Positions 30,493 through 40,920 of a stretch of DNA of 64,000 nt are shown here, piece after piece. Each line of letters begins with the position of its first letter. Positions within the stretch are counted from its first letter, which is position 1. The translations under genes were made by a program, and so were the position numbers. The notes under the pieces are model-generated. The model was not told the origin of the DNA. It saw only the letters and a list, made by a program, of their open reading frames with translations, and ran no database searches. This DNA is from Bacteriovoracaceae bacterium (GTDB lineage Bacteria; Bdellovibrionota; Bacteriovoracia; Bacteriovoracales; Bacteriovoracaceae), in assembly GCA_965217035.1 (NCBI GenBank), contig OZ244226.1, forward strand, positions 2,958,146-3,022,145. The letters are read 5' to 3'.

Positions 30493-31368
30493 TTGATGTT
30501 TAAATTACTGATTATTCTTTTTTCGACCTCGGTCCTCGCGGATGAAGTGGATTTTTACCGTCTTGGATCGACTTGGGATAGGAAAGCTTTTAATTATAAA
30601 AATAAAGACAAAATTCCAAAAAAATTTCAAGAACAAGCAAAATACGTAGGAAGTTTCCTTGGAGGAACGGCCTTTTATCTTGGGAAATTCAATAATAAAC
30701 ATATCATGGCAACCAATTATCATGTCCTGCCAAAGGCGTTGAACTGTTATTCTCTCAATACAGTAAATTTTAGAGTGATGAAGAAACGCTTTTCTTGTTT
30801 AAGATTTATTGTCTCTTTTAAAAATATAGATCTAAGCCTCTTTCAAATAAAAGTGAAACCTGATCAAGAGAGATTCTTTAAAGGCTATCCTTTTAAATTC
30901 TTTGGGAAACCAAGTTTGACCCGTCAGCTTTATGGAATGGGATATACTTATCTTGAAAATCCCATGAGAAAGATGCTTCTTGTGTCTGGAGGAAAATTCT
31001 GTTCACCTTTCTCTCGAAAAATTAAACTCATCAATGATCCTGATACTCAGCATCCTGTCGATTATAAGGTTTGGAGCATGGCGATTGGTTGTGACTTTGG
31101 CCATGGGGATTCAGGAAGTCCGATTATTAATAATAAAGGTCAACTTGTAGGACTCTTTTGGACGGGAGGAACTCCAAAGTCATCCTTTGTTAAAAATGAT
31201 AAAAACCTTAGAAGTCTTATTGATTCTGAAGACCCTCTTGTTTGGTCAAATCTTTCTTATATGGTTCCCCTCAAATCAATCCAAAAGGAACTTATTAATT
31301 TTCTTAAAAACAATAAAGATCATGTCTTCTACCAAGAGCTTGAAGAAATTGTGACCGGTAATAATTAG
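30493..31368 (+). CDS. Secreted trypsin-like serine protease
   Basis: Signal peptide; ATNYHV, DLSL, HGDSGSP. Confidence 0.85.
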   Translation: MMFKLLIILFSTSVLADEVDFYRLGSTWDRKAFNYKNKDKIPKKFQEQAKYVGSFLGGTAFYLGKFNNKHIMATNYHVLPKALNCYSLNTVNFRVMKKRFSCLRFIVSFKNIDLSLFQIKVKPDQERFFKGYPFKFFGKPSLTRQLYGMGYTYLENPMRKMLLVSGGKFCSPFSRKIKLINDPDTQHPVDYKVWSMAIGCDFGHGDSGSPIINNKGQLVGLFWTGGTPKSSFVKNDKNLRSLIDSEDPLVWSNLSYMVPLKSIQKELINFLKNNKDHVFYQELEEIVTGNN

Positions 31369-31745
31369 TAAAGAACGTAGTTGAATTTCTCAACATCTTT
31401 ATTGATCAAAAGATACCCGTTTCGTAATTCTTCAGCCTTTCCAAGCTTAAAATCAATGTTATTTAAGGCTTGGCGAACACATTTATGAAAAGAGTTCGGA
31501 AGCTTATAGGGATCATTAAAAGTCAGAACATTTTTAGCGCTGTCTTTTTTTATATTAAAAGTATAAATAATATAGGGCTTGTTCATTTTTTCAGAAAAAT
31601 CTTTTTTACATTCTTTGAATGTAGGCTTGTAACTACTGATGCTACGAGTAACTTTATCCCAATTTCTTTTATGAATAACTAAAGGATCAGTGCTACAGCT
31701 CAGGAGCAGGATAGTGGCTAATACTAGGGATGTTAAAAGTTTCAT
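31365..31745 (-). CDS. Hypothetical lipoprotein
   Basis: Lipobox LLSC; RBS AAGGA. Confidence 0.7.
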   Translation of the reverse strand: MKLLTSLVLATILLLSCSTDPLVIHKRNWDKVTRSISSYKPTFKECKKDFSEKMNKPYIIYTFNIKKDSAKNVLTFNDPYKLPNSFHKCVRQALNNIDFKLGKAEELRNGYLLINKDVEKFNYVLY

Positions 31746-31763
31746 TATTTTTCCTTTTAACTC

Positions 31764-31790
31764 CTATCGGAGGCGTCTGGGATTTGTTAA
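31764..31790 (-). promoter_or_regulatory. Sigma28 (FliA)-like promoter
   Basis: Minus strand TTAA-N15-TCCGATAG, 19 bp upstream of the lipoprotein start. Confidence 0.5.
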
Positions 31791-31882
31791 GTGCTTGATA
31801 TCATGACTCGGCTTTTTAAATCCCTGTAATTTCAGTATAATAGATTCAATTTTAATTCATTGATAAAATATATGGTTCATAA

Positions 31883-34543
31883 ATGAAGATTTTTGATTTT
31901 GAAAAACAGACTGAATCAACCTGGAAAGAGAAGTCTGAAATTGACTCGAATAGCGCTGGTTATGTTCATGAACATGATTCTTTTAACTGGAGTTTTCCGG
32001 AAAAGAACTTAATCATTTGGGATGATTCTCAAAATTATACTGAGGCAAAAGGAGATAGTTCTCTCAGTCAAATTCTTGATGGCATTAAGCTTTTACAAGA
32101 TGGGAATCAATTGATAGCTTTTCGGTTGTCCTCTTATTTAGTAGAAAATGTTGTAAAACTTCGTTCTTTTCATCTTATTGCTGAAGCACTTGGCGTCACA
32201 AATTATAAATTGATAGGGTACTCTTCTTTTGAGTCCTATAAAGAAAATCCTAAAGAAAATAATATTTTTGCCATTATGATGCATTATCTGTCTGCGCAGT
32301 TTGGTGGTTGTGACTATTTTCATTCTTTCCCTTTTTCAAATGATTCAGATGTCGCAAAGAGATTACATGAAACTCTACCTCTCATTTTGGATGGAGAATC
32401 TCACATCAATTCAATTCATGATCCTATGAAAGGGTCTTATGTTGTTGAAAAACAAACCTTAGAACTTTCTTCTTTAGCCTGGAAAAAATTAGGAAAGGAA
32501 GGAGAGTTAAAAGATAAAATTAATCAAAAAATAAGCTCTTATAAAGGTTCTTATCATCTAGGTGCAGCTCCTGGTTTACCACCTTTTTTAAGAGGCCCAT
32601 ACCCTACAATGTATTTGGGACGACCTTGGACTATCAGGCAATATGCTGGGTTTTCTACAGCTGAAGAGAGTAATGCTTTTTATCGAAACAATCTTAAGCA
32701 AGGACAAAAAGGATTGAGCGTAGCCTTTGATCTTGCAACTCATAGGGGCTATGACTCTAATAACCCTCGAGTGGCTGGTGATGTCGGTATGGCCGGTGTT
32801 GCGATTGATTCGATTAAGGATATGGAGGTTTTATTTAATCAAATCCCTCTTGATAAGATGAGTGTCTCGATGACAATGAATGGAGCTGTCATTCCAATCA
32901 TGGCGCTTTATATAAATGCGGCCAAGGAGCAAAGTGTTCCTACAGAGAAACTCAGTGGGACTATTCAAAATGATATCCTGAAAGAATTCATGGTGAGAAA
33001 TACTTATATTTATCCTCCTCAAGCATCGATGAGAATTATTGGAGATATTTTTCAATATACCTCAAAGAATATGCCGAAGTTTAATTCAATTAGTATCTCT
33101 GGCTATCATATGCAAGAGGCTGGTGCGACACCTGATCTTGAACTTGCTTTCACGCTTTCAAATGGTTTGGAATATTTGAAAAAAGGCTTAGAGAGCGGAT
33201 TAAAAATCGATGAGTTTGCTCCGAGGTTATCATTCTTCTTCGCGATTGGTATGGATTTCTATACTGAAGTTGCTAAGTTAAGAGCAGCTCGTTATCTTTG
33301 GGCCAATATCGTAAAACGATTTAATCCAGAGAATCCAAAGTCGATGGCCTTACGAACTCATTGCCAAACATCAGGTTGGAGCCTGACGGCCCAAGATGTC
33401 GACAATAATATCCTTCGAACGGCCATTGAAGCTTTGGCGGCAACTCACGGACAGACTCAATCTTTACATACAAACTCTCTCGATGAGGCGCTTGCTCTGC
33501 CAACTGAGGAAAGTGCAAAAATTGCAAGAAATACTCAAATCTATCTCCAAGAGAAAACAGATGTTTGCAGCTATGTTGATGTATGGGGAGGAAGTTATCA
33601 TATCGAAAACCTTACGGCCGAGCTCATCGAAAAGGCTTCTAAAATTATTGATGAAATGGAAGAGATGGGAGGGATGAGCGAAGCGATCGCAAGTGGCGTT
33701 CCAAAGCAGATGATAGAAAGGGCCGCTGCAAAAACTCAGGCAATGATCGATAGTGGAGAGCAGGTGATTATTGGTGTGAACAAACATCATAATCCCAATC
33801 CTAGACCGGTTTCGGTTTTAAAAGTTGATAATGAGAAGGTTTTGGCCAATCAAATCAATCGAATTGACGCTCTTAAAAAGGAGAGAGACACTAGCAAAGT
33901 CGAACAAGCTCTCCAAGCGATAACTCAAGCCTGCGAAAGTGGCGAAGGTAATCTTCTTGAACTTGCGGTGACTGCTGCGGAAGCAAAAGCGACATTAGGT
34001 GAGATGACTGAGGCGATGGAGAAGATTTTTGGACGCTACCAAGCCCCTATCATGAGTATAAGTGGAGTTTATGTTCAAGAAATGAAGAAACATAATGGCA
34101 GTAATATTTCTGAGATTGCGAAGTTGATTGAAGACTTTGATAAAAAATTTGGACGCCGTCCGAGAATCATTCTTTCTAAAATGGGACAAGACGGTCATGA
34201 CCGAGGCCAAAAAGTTGTGGCGACGGCCTTTTCTGATTTAGGATTTGATGTGGATATCGGTCCACTTTTTCAAATGCCTAAAGAGGTTGTCAAACAGGCC
34301 ATCGAAAATGATGTTCATATCATTGGCATAAGTTCTTTAGCTGCAGGCCATTTAACTTTTGTTCCGGAAGTAACAAAGGAACTTGCTGACAAAGGAATTG
34401 AAGATAAGATCATCGTTGTTGGAGGAGTTATTCCTCCTGAAGACTATGATGAGCTTTACAGAAAAGGAGCTGACTTTATCTTTGGCCCAGGAACTAATAT
34501 TACGGAATCTGCAATTGAAATTCTTAAGCGGTTATTAAAATGA
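31883..34543 (+). CDS. scpA: Methylmalonyl-CoA mutase with fused N-terminal small-subunit-like remnant
   Basis: [49 protein letters not shown]12-binding motif. Confidence 0.93.
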   Translation: MKIFDFEKQTESTWKEKSEIDSNSAGYVHEHDSFNWSFPEKNLIIWDDSQNYTEAKGDSSLSQILDGIKLLQDGNQLIAFRLSSYLVENVVKLRSFHLIAEALGVTNYKLIGYSSFESYKENPKENNIFAIMMHYLSAQFGGCDYFHSFPFSNDSDVAKRLHETLPLILDGESHINSIHDPMKGSYVVEKQTLELSSLAWKKLGKEGELKDKINQKISSYKGSYHLGAAPGLPPFLRGPYPTMYLGRPWTIRQYAGFSTAEESNAFYRNNLKQGQKGLSVAFDLATHRGYDSNNPRVAGDVGMAGVAIDSIKDMEVLFNQIPLDKMSVSMTMNGAVIPIMALYINAAKEQSVPTEKLSGTIQNDILKEFMVRNTYIYPPQASMRIIGDIFQYTSKNMPKFNSISISGYHMQEAGATPDLELAFTLSNGLEYLKKGLESGLKIDEFAPRLSFFFAIGMDFYTEVAKLRAARYLWANIVKRFNPENPKSMALRTHCQTSGWSLTAQDVDNNILRTAIEALAATHGQTQSLHTNSLDEALALPTEESAKIARNTQIYLQEKTDVCSYVDVWGGSYHIENLTAELIEKASKIIDEMEEMGGMSEAIASGVPKQMIERAAAKTQAMIDSGEQVIIGVNKHHNPNPRPVSVLKVDNEKVLANQINRIDALKKERDTSKVEQALQAITQACESGEGNLLELAVTAAEAKATLGEMTEAMEKIFGRYQAPIMSISGVYVQEMKKHNGSNISEIAKLIEDFDKKFGRRPRIILSKMGQDGHDRGQKVVATAFSDLGFDVDIGPLFQMPKEVVKQAIENDVHIIGISSLAAGHLTFVPEVTKELADKGIEDKIIVVGGVIPPEDYDELYRKGADFIFGPGTNITESAIEILKRLLK

Positions 34544-35457
34544 CTGAAGATCAGATCTTAGATGGAATTTTGAAACAAAATAGGCAGATCTTGGCAAAGG
34601 CCATGAGCCTTTTTGAAAGTAGCCGTTCAGAAGATAAAAAACTTGCTTCCAAAATTCTCTCTGAAATTGATAAGGATGATTATGCTTCTCGGGTGATAGG
34701 AGTGACAGGAACACCTGGAGTTGGGAAGAGTACATTTCTTAATAGTTTCGTTGAAACCTTGGTCAGTAGAGGAAAAAAAATTGCTATTCTGACGATCGAT
34801 CCTAGCAGTGAAAAAAATGGAGGAAGCATCCTTGGTGATAAAACTCGAATGGCCGATCTGATTAAATATGAAGAAGTCTTTATTCGCCCTTGTGCTTCAA
34901 GAGCACTGTTGGGAGGAATTACTTATAGTACGCGTGATTTAATCACTGTTTGCGAAGCCGCTGGCTATGATTATGTTTTTGTTGAATCTGTTGGAGTCGG
35001 TCAATCGGAAGTTCAGCTAGCAAAAATTGTTGATTTTCTTTTACTTTTTATTGCACCAGGTGGAGGTGATGATCTTCAAGGAATCAAAAAAGGAGTTCTT
35101 GAGTTTGCTGACCTTTTAGTTATTAATAAAAAGGACATTGATAAAACTCTAGCACTTCAAACAGCGAGTCTTTATGGACAGTCTTTAATGAGAAATCCTC
35201 TTGTTATCTCTGCTCTCGAGAGAGAGGGACTTGAAGATGTTCAAAAGATTTTAAATGAGATGTATAGTTCTGAAGATATTTCAAAGCTTAGAAAGAACAA
35301 ACGAGAAATTTTTTTTTGGAACCGAGTTGAAGCTGAAGTTTTATCTCGTATCAAAAATTATAAAAAAGAAGAGGAGTCTCAAGAATATTTAAAGGACTAT
35401 CTTGAGAAAAAAACTGACTTTCAGAAAATTATAGATAAAATTCTTAAATCTCTCTAA
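34540..35457 (+). CDS. meaB: Mutase-associated GTPase MeaB
   Basis: [48 protein letters not shown]. Confidence 0.93.
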   Translation: MTEDQILDGILKQNRQILAKAMSLFESSRSEDKKLASKILSEIDKDDYASRVIGVTGTPGVGKSTFLNSFVETLVSRGKKIAILTIDPSSEKNGGSILGDKTRMADLIKYEEVFIRPCASRALLGGITYSTRDLITVCEAAGYDYVFVESVGVGQSEVQLAKIVDFLLLFIAPGGGDDLQGIKKGVLEFADLLVINKKDIDKTLALQTASLYGQSLMRNPLVISALEREGLEDVQKILNEMYSSEDISKLRKNKREIFFWNRVEAEVLSRIKNYKKEEESQEYLKDYLEKKTDFQKIIDKILKSL

Positions 35458-35489
35458 AAGCTTCGTTTTTTACAAAAAATCGTGAATTC

Positions 35490-35524
35490 AAAAAAAAGAG
35501 GCGCCAGTTCTAGACTGGAGCCTT
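35490..35524 (-). terminator. Intrinsic terminator for the deaminase-like gene
   Basis: ggc-g-ccagt-tctag-actgg-a-gcc hairpin with adjacent A8 run (U-tract on minus strand). Confidence 0.55.
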
Positions 35525-35537
35525 CCATATTATTATC

Positions 35538-37163
35538 TCAAATATCTTTAGAAATATACTTTTCTCGTAACTTCCAAAGGAGTTGACTTATATAGGGTCG
35601 CCTCTGTTCTCCAGTCGCAACCATCAGAAGTTTCGTAATTTTCAAGTTCTTGGTATCTGTATAAAGGGCAATGAGAAGTTCTTTGATATAGTTCGTTCCC
35701 AATGTGAAGTAGTTATCTGTTCCGATTCCGAGTTTCACTCCTTTTTTCTCCCACCAACTGAACGGATGATCTTTATAATCAGGGAACGCCCCTGTGAGCT
35801 TCATATTTGATGACGGAAGAGCAATAAGAGAGACCTTTTTATGAATCATTCGATTGAGAACGTCATGTTGGTAATGTTCGATTTCTCTTGCAGTATGAAA
35901 CTTCGCTTTTACAAAAAGAGTTCTCTCATCTTCTGAAAGTTTCTCACCATTTAACAGTTTATTAAGAATGAACTCATTATCACCCCAATCCATATCAACA
36001 AGCTCATTATATTCAGAAGTGCCAATGGTAATGGCCTTTGAATTTTGGTTTTGATCAATCACTCTAAGATAAAGACTATGAAAATAATAATTAGGGTTGA
36101 TTCCGAGACTGAGACCGTGTTCAAGTGTATTGATATGCCAGATATTCATAGCATTATCGACGGCTTGAACTCCCATCTTCAAGGTTTTCCAAGTTTCACC
36201 ATGGTGAGATCGGATAGAAAAACCTCGGTATTGAAGCCGTCTCAATCCTTTTTTCATATCATGGAAATGAATCTTTCTATAAAGCTCTCTTTCATTCCCA
36301 ACAGTATCAACTTCTCTTAAGACACGAACAAGCTCAGGGTATTTATCAATGATTTCTAAAATCTTGCTGACTTGAGCATCAAAATGTTCTTTCTTTGATT
36401 CATATTTTTCACTATCAAAGTGATTAGCTTCCTTTCTAAAACTAGGAGAAAGAATATATTTAAAGCCTGGTACTTCCGATTTAAACTTTTTAAATCCCTC
36501 ATGAAGTCCAAGAACAACGTCTTCTTCTGTTAAGTTCTCTATCCCTGGAATTGATTCAATATCATTACTTGTGGCCCGACTGAGTGTGAACTTCAATCGA
36601 ATCATTCCGACATTAAACTTTTCATAGAGGTTTTTGGCCATAGAATAGCTCGCCTCTGCATGAGCTTCTCGAGTTGTAAGGATGAGTTTAGGCAAGAGGA
36701 GGATTTCAAGATAACGATCGAAAGCTTCTCCTTCTTGAAGAGTCATAAGTTTTGCGACGTCTTCAACGGAATCAATTTTTTGAACATTAGGATAAACCGC
36801 TTTGATCTTATTCCAATAAATATCAGCATTAGGTCCATCAAGAAGTGTTTTTAATCGAGGATAAACAAATTCAGCACTGAGGCTACCGGTAAGATGAATA
36901 TGTTCTTCTCGATAGGGAATCGGAAAGTTTTTGAAAATATCAAAAAGAGAATTTGAAACCGGATGGTCTAAAAGTTCTTCGATTGTGATCTTATCTTGAT
37001 CGTATTCAGCGAGTTTAACTCTAAAATTATTCAAAATTTCTTTATCATGGGTACCATCTTCAAGATTGAAAGTTGCGAGTTCCAAGGTATCTTCTAGGCT
37101 GATACCATTTGTTTCGCTTATGATCTTAATTAAATGTTTGGTTAAAGATGTATCAATTTTCAT
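35538..37163 (-). CDS. Adenosine deaminase-like amidohydrolase, expanded
   Basis: EHIHLTGS, SHHGE, LEHG, LPSSN, GTDN metal-binding motifs. Confidence 0.75.
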   Translation of the reverse strand: MKIDTSLTKHLIKIISETNGISLEDTLELATFNLEDGTHDKEILNNFRVKLAEYDQDKITIEELLDHPVSNSLFDIFKNFPIPYREEHIHLTGSLSAEFVYPRLKTLLDGPNADIYWNKIKAVYPNVQKIDSVEDVAKLMTLQEGEAFDRYLEILLLPKLILTTREAHAEASYSMAKNLYEKFNVGMIRLKFTLSRATSNDIESIPGIENLTEEDVVLGLHEGFKKFKSEVPGFKYILSPSFRKEANHFDSEKYESKKEHFDAQVSKILEIIDKYPELVRVLREVDTVGNERELYRKIHFHDMKKGLRRLQYRGFSIRSHHGETWKTLKMGVQAVDNAMNIWHINTLEHGLSLGINPNYYFHSLYLRVIDQNQNSKAITIGTSEYNELVDMDWGDNEFILNKLLNGEKLSEDERTLFVKAKFHTAREIEHYQHDVLNRMIHKKVSLIALPSSNMKLTGAFPDYKDHPFSWWEKKGVKLGIGTDNYFTLGTNYIKELLIALYTDTKNLKITKLLMVATGEQRRPYISQLLWKLREKYISKDI

Positions 37164-37166
37164 GGT

Positions 37167-37811
37167 CTATTCTGCTTTATCTATACTAGCTTTTATCTCA
37201 TTAAAGAGATTCAAATCAAGTGTTTCTCTTCCTTCCTTATAATTTATATAGTCTTCTAGGCTTTCGACTCCCCAAAAGAGTTCTTTCCCGTCATATAGAC
37301 TCGGAACTCCGAAGAGACCTGATTCCAAAGCTTCATTAAGGTTTTGGATAAGTTCAGTTTTTGCGGGCCTTTCAAAGGCGCGCTCGTAAAGTTTTTGTCC
37401 AGGAAGTCCCTTTTGGTTAAGAGCTTCAATTAGAAGATCTGGGTTTCCCGCATCCATCCGATTTTGCCAAAGAGCACTCCAAAGACAATCGATAACTTTA
37501 AATTGTTGATCTTTTGATTCGCAAGCATAATCAGTGGCCATTCTTAAACTATAAAGTGAATTGAAAGGATGTCGAGTTGGGGCCAAGAGCTTTATATTGT
37601 TTCGGGCGGCAATTCGGAGAGCTTTTTTGAAAAGATAATCTCTTTTGGGCTTTACATCAGCAATATTTTTTTGGCCGAGCTCTTTAAAAACTTTTCCTAG
37701 AATGAGGGGCTTGAACTGAAAGGACTCCAATAGTTGGCGTTTTTTAAGAAGTTCCCACATAAGAAAGGAGTAAGGAGATAAGAAATCAAAATAGAAAATG
37801 GGGTGTTCCAT
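37167..37811 (-). CDS. DsbA-fold 2-hydroxychromene-2-carboxylate isomerase / GST kappa family
   Basis: FYFDFLSPYSF, HPFNS, GLFGVPS, LFWG. Confidence 0.88.
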   Translation of the reverse strand: MEHPIFYFDFLSPYSFLMWELLKKRQLLESFQFKPLILGKVFKELGQKNIADVKPKRDYLFKKALRIAARNNIKLLAPTRHPFNSLYSLRMATDYACESKDQQFKVIDCLWSALWQNRMDAGNPDLLIEALNQKGLPGQKLYERAFERPAKTELIQNLNEALESGLFGVPSLYDGKELFWGVESLEDYINYKEGRETLDLNLFNEIKASIDKAE

Positions 37812-38071
37812 GGCTTAGCCTACAAAATCAGATTTGAACTGTACTCCCGCAATGCGTTATGTTATACTCGCAATGGGTAATTTTTTCAGTTACCTGCCTG
37901 GAAGAGGTGATCGATATAGATATAGGGAGATCGAAAACCGATTAGAAAGTAACTTTAAATTTTGAATGACTAGTAATGATCATTACTGATGCACGTTTGT
38001 TCGATTTGTACGTTTTGAAGCTGTAAATGATCTTGCGAACTTTAGTGACGACGTCACATTTCGGAGTCCAC

Positions 38072-38845
38072 ATGGATTTCAAAGAACCCTTGAGGATAGG
38101 TTTCCTCACGTTACTTACTGTAATATTAGTTTCTTGTGGAGGGGCTAATAACACAATCAAAAATGTCACTATCAACCAATCAACAGTTGATAATGATGTT
38201 TACCTTCACCTCAAAGCGGCCTTGGGATTAGGGAATATTCTCCTTCCTAACTTAGCTGCTCCTATTTTAACCCCTGGAAAAGGGGAAGTTGGTCAGATTC
38301 AGTTAGGGCCAGACTTTGTTGAAGTGGATATAAATCTTTCGGAGGTTGTTCCTCAGTTAGAAGCGAGTGCAGTATTACCAAATGGAGCCTCATTACCACT
38401 CATTAAAGACAATCCGGTTGTAACACTTCCTATTGGAGGGTCAAATGTTGAGGTTTATATTTCCTTAGCAAATGGGGCCCCCGCGCTGGGAGTTTCTATT
38501 CCGGTTAGAGAGCTAGATTCTATTGGAGTTTTTAGCGCATTTTTCCCTGCCTTTCGAGTTGATAATTTTCTGGTAGCAGGTGGAATTTATTCTAGTGCAA
38601 ACTCAGGAGAAAGCGGAATTGGTGCTTTCTTTGACTTGAATGGAATTATCAATCTGAATCTTGATTCAGGATTTGCTGGTGGATTTGTAGGGAAAAACGG
38701 TAGAGCACAGCTTCTTTCTATTGGGTCTACAGAATCCTATCAAATCCATCTTGAAACAGATTTAAATTCTCGAAGAACACAGAGAAAGATTGATAGAGTT
38801 CTTTACCGCCTTCACAGAAAAAGAAGAACCGTGAGAGTGGACTAA
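38072..38845 (+). CDS. Hypothetical lipoprotein
   Basis: GGAG RBS then ATG 38072; lipobox LVSC; beta-rich sequence. Confidence 0.7.
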   Translation: MDFKEPLRIGFLTLLTVILVSCGGANNTIKNVTINQSTVDNDVYLHLKAALGLGNILLPNLAAPILTPGKGEVGQIQLGPDFVEVDINLSEVVPQLEASAVLPNGASLPLIKDNPVVTLPIGGSNVEVYISLANGAPALGVSIPVRELDSIGVFSAFFPAFRVDNFLVAGGIYSSANSGESGIGAFFDLNGIINLNLDSGFAGGFVGKNGRAQLLSIGSTESYQIHLETDLNSRRTQRKIDRVLYRLHRKRRTVRVD

Positions 38846-38883
38846 GAACAGAGGAATATATTAATTGATTTGGTTGATAAACC

Positions 38884-38917
38884 AAAAAAGCCACCCAATG
38901 ATTGGGTGGCCTTTTTT
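38884..38917. terminator. Bidirectional intrinsic terminator
   Basis: A6-GCCACCCA-atgat-TGGGTGGC-c-T6 between convergent genes. Confidence 0.85.
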
Positions 38918-38939
38918 ATATAAATTCAGATTTTATTGA

Positions 38940-39170
38940 CTAGATTTTCTTGCTGTAACGAGCAGCTTTCATAACAGCTTTCTTTCTTCTTTTTTCAGCT
39001 GCTTCTGTCTTTTCTTTGTGACGTATTGAAGGTTTTAGATAAGCTTCTCGCTTTCTATATTCCTTAACAATTCCGTAGCTATCGCACATTCTTTTGAACT
39101 TTTTAAGTGCTCGCTCTACTGGAATGCCATCAGCAATTTCGATCTTGATGTTTTCCGGCTTTTTACCCAT
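38940..39170 (-). CDS. rpsU: 30S ribosomal protein S21
   Basis: ERALKKFKR..GIVKEYRKREAYLKPS. Confidence 0.9.
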   Translation of the reverse strand: MGKKPENIKIEIADGIPVERALKKFKRMCDSYGIVKEYRKREAYLKPSIRHKEKTEAAEKRRKKAVMKAARYSKKI

Positions 39171-39350
39171 TGAATCCCCTTGAAAAACCATAATTTAGCT
39201 CTTTAGTTTATGCGTTAAATTAAAGGAATTTTTTAACACACCAACTTAGACTTTGCACGTAAAATCTAACTCTTTTTATATCATGGCTTTACAGAGAAGC
39301 AAGATAGGGGCATATTTTTACTATAACTTATTGGAATTAAAGGGTTTATT

Positions 39351-40259
39351 TTGAAAATGCTACTAAATATACTGATAGCACTCATCTTTTTCTCATGTGC
39401 GAGTTCGCCAAAGTATCGTGGCTCTATCCTTACGGACAGTCCGAATCATGAACATCTCGATATTTCTGAAGAAGATTTCAATAGTCATGTTGCTAAAGGC
39501 TTTGAAAATTGGAAACTCCGTCACAAAAAAGGAAATTTAGAAAGCTTTATTAAACACTTTGAATTTTGTGCTCGTTCATCGAAGCAATATTCTTCTTATC
39601 TTATTAATCGTTACAAAATGTATGAAATGCTTGCGAGAGGTTATTATCTATTAGGGAACAACCATACTAATATTGAGTCTCAACAAAAGCAATTTTGGGA
39701 AGAAGGGGCCGCTTGGGCAGAGAGAGCGCTTTATACCAATGCTAATTTCAAAAGGGCCGTTGGCCAGTATGGTGAGTTTGTCCCGGCCTTAAAGTTCATC
39801 AAGAAAAAAGAGGTGGGAGCACTTTACTGGTATATCGCGAATATTGGTAAATGGGCGAAAAGCTCAGGGATTGCAACTTCTTTGAAATATCTTAGGCTTT
39901 TAAAAGAAATGGTTAGAAAAATTCAGCACTATAATCCTAAGTATTTCTACAGCGCTGCTGATAGATATTGGGGAGCTTATTACTCCTTTATTCCTTTTTT
40001 CGCAGGAGGGAATATGAAAAAAAGTCGTTATCATTTTGAAAGATCTTTGAAAGTTTCTCCAGAATATCTCGGGACAAAAGTGCTCTATGCAGAACTTTAT
40101 GCTTTAAAACAAAGAGATTCTAAGCTCTTTAATAAACTTTTAAATGATGTTATTGATGCAAAACTAAATCCGAAGTCTGATATTTACCCTGAAAATATAT
40201 TAGAACAACAAAGGGCCTTTAAGTTGAAAAAGACGATTGAAGAGGGAGGTTCCTTTTGA
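39351..40259 (+). CDS. TRAP transporter TatT-like TPR lipoprotein
   Basis: Lipobox FFSC; ALYWY..GKWA, YWGAYY..PFFAGG..KSRYHFERSL, PEN..Q.RA. Confidence 0.7.
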   Translation: MKMLLNILIALIFFSCASSPKYRGSILTDSPNHEHLDISEEDFNSHVAKGFENWKLRHKKGNLESFIKHFEFCARSSKQYSSYLINRYKMYEMLARGYYLLGNNHTNIESQQKQFWEEGAAWAERALYTNANFKRAVGQYGEFVPALKFIKKKEVGALYWYIANIGKWAKSSGIATSLKYLRLLKEMVRKIQHYNPKYFYSAADRYWGAYYSFIPFFAGGNMKKSRYHFERSLKVSPEYLGTKVLYAELYALKQRDSKLFNKLLNDVIDAKLNPKSDIYPENILEQQRAFKLKKTIEEGGSF

Positions 40260-40486
40260 AGATCTTATTTATCATAATGTTTTCTTTTTCAGCTTACTCG
40301 GTTACAGATCTTTACGATCAACAAGTTGATATTTCCAAGGGGCATAAAACTCATGCCCAAGGAGGAGTTGCAAAGGCCCAACGTATTTTAAAAAATGAAC
40401 AGGCGATCGCAGCCCTTATGAAAGAAGTTCAATCCCTTAAACAAGAAATTAAAGTCCTCAAAGAGAAAATGCCGGTGAAAAAGTGA
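40256..40486 (+). CDS. Small secreted coiled-coil hypothetical protein
   Basis: Signal peptide, overlapping start/stop with both neighbours. Confidence 0.6.
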   Translation: MKILFIIMFSFSAYSVTDLYDQQVDISKGHKTHAQGGVAKAQRILKNEQAIAALMKEVQSLKQEIKVLKEKMPVKK

Positions 40487-40920
40487 AACTCTTTTTCAAA
40501 ACATTAGTTAAAGGGAATTACAAAAAAATTGCCTCTCAATTTAATGAAGATCTTTTTAAGAAGATGACTCCTCCTGGAGGGAAGATCTATGTCCGAAATT
40601 TTGAAGGAACAAAAAAAGGTGACAAGTTTTCTTTTACAGCTTCAACATTTGGTATCCATCAGGACTGGGAAGGTTTGATCACCGATAGCGGGGAGGATGA
40701 AACTCAAAGTTTTTTTGTTGATGTAGGAAAGGATCTCCCTGCACCTTTAACTTCTTGGAGTCATAGGCACTTATTTGAAAAAGTGAGTGAGAATGAAACA
40801 CTTGTTATTGATGAAGTCGAGTATACTTGCTCGTCAAAGATTTTTGATTACCTTTCTTTTCCTTTGTGGCAAATTTATTTCTATTACCGGTCTTACCTTT
40901 ATAAAAAGATTTTTGGATGA
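40483..40920 (+). CDS. SRPBCC/START-like protein
   Basis: MTPP, FVD..LPAPLTSWSHRHLF..TLVIDEVEY. Confidence 0.8.
   Translation: MKLFFKTLVKGNYKKIASQFNEDLFKKMTPPGGKIYVRNFEGTKKGDKFSFTASTFGIHQDWEGLITDSGEDETQSFFVDVGKDLPAPLTSWSHRHLFEKVSENETLVIDEVEYTCSSKIFDYLSFPLWQIYFYYRSYLYKKIFG

Noticed and set aside
35538..37163. Deaminase as RADAR RdrB or a CRISPR effector
   Set aside because: No adjacent AAA ATPase, CARF domain or mobile context
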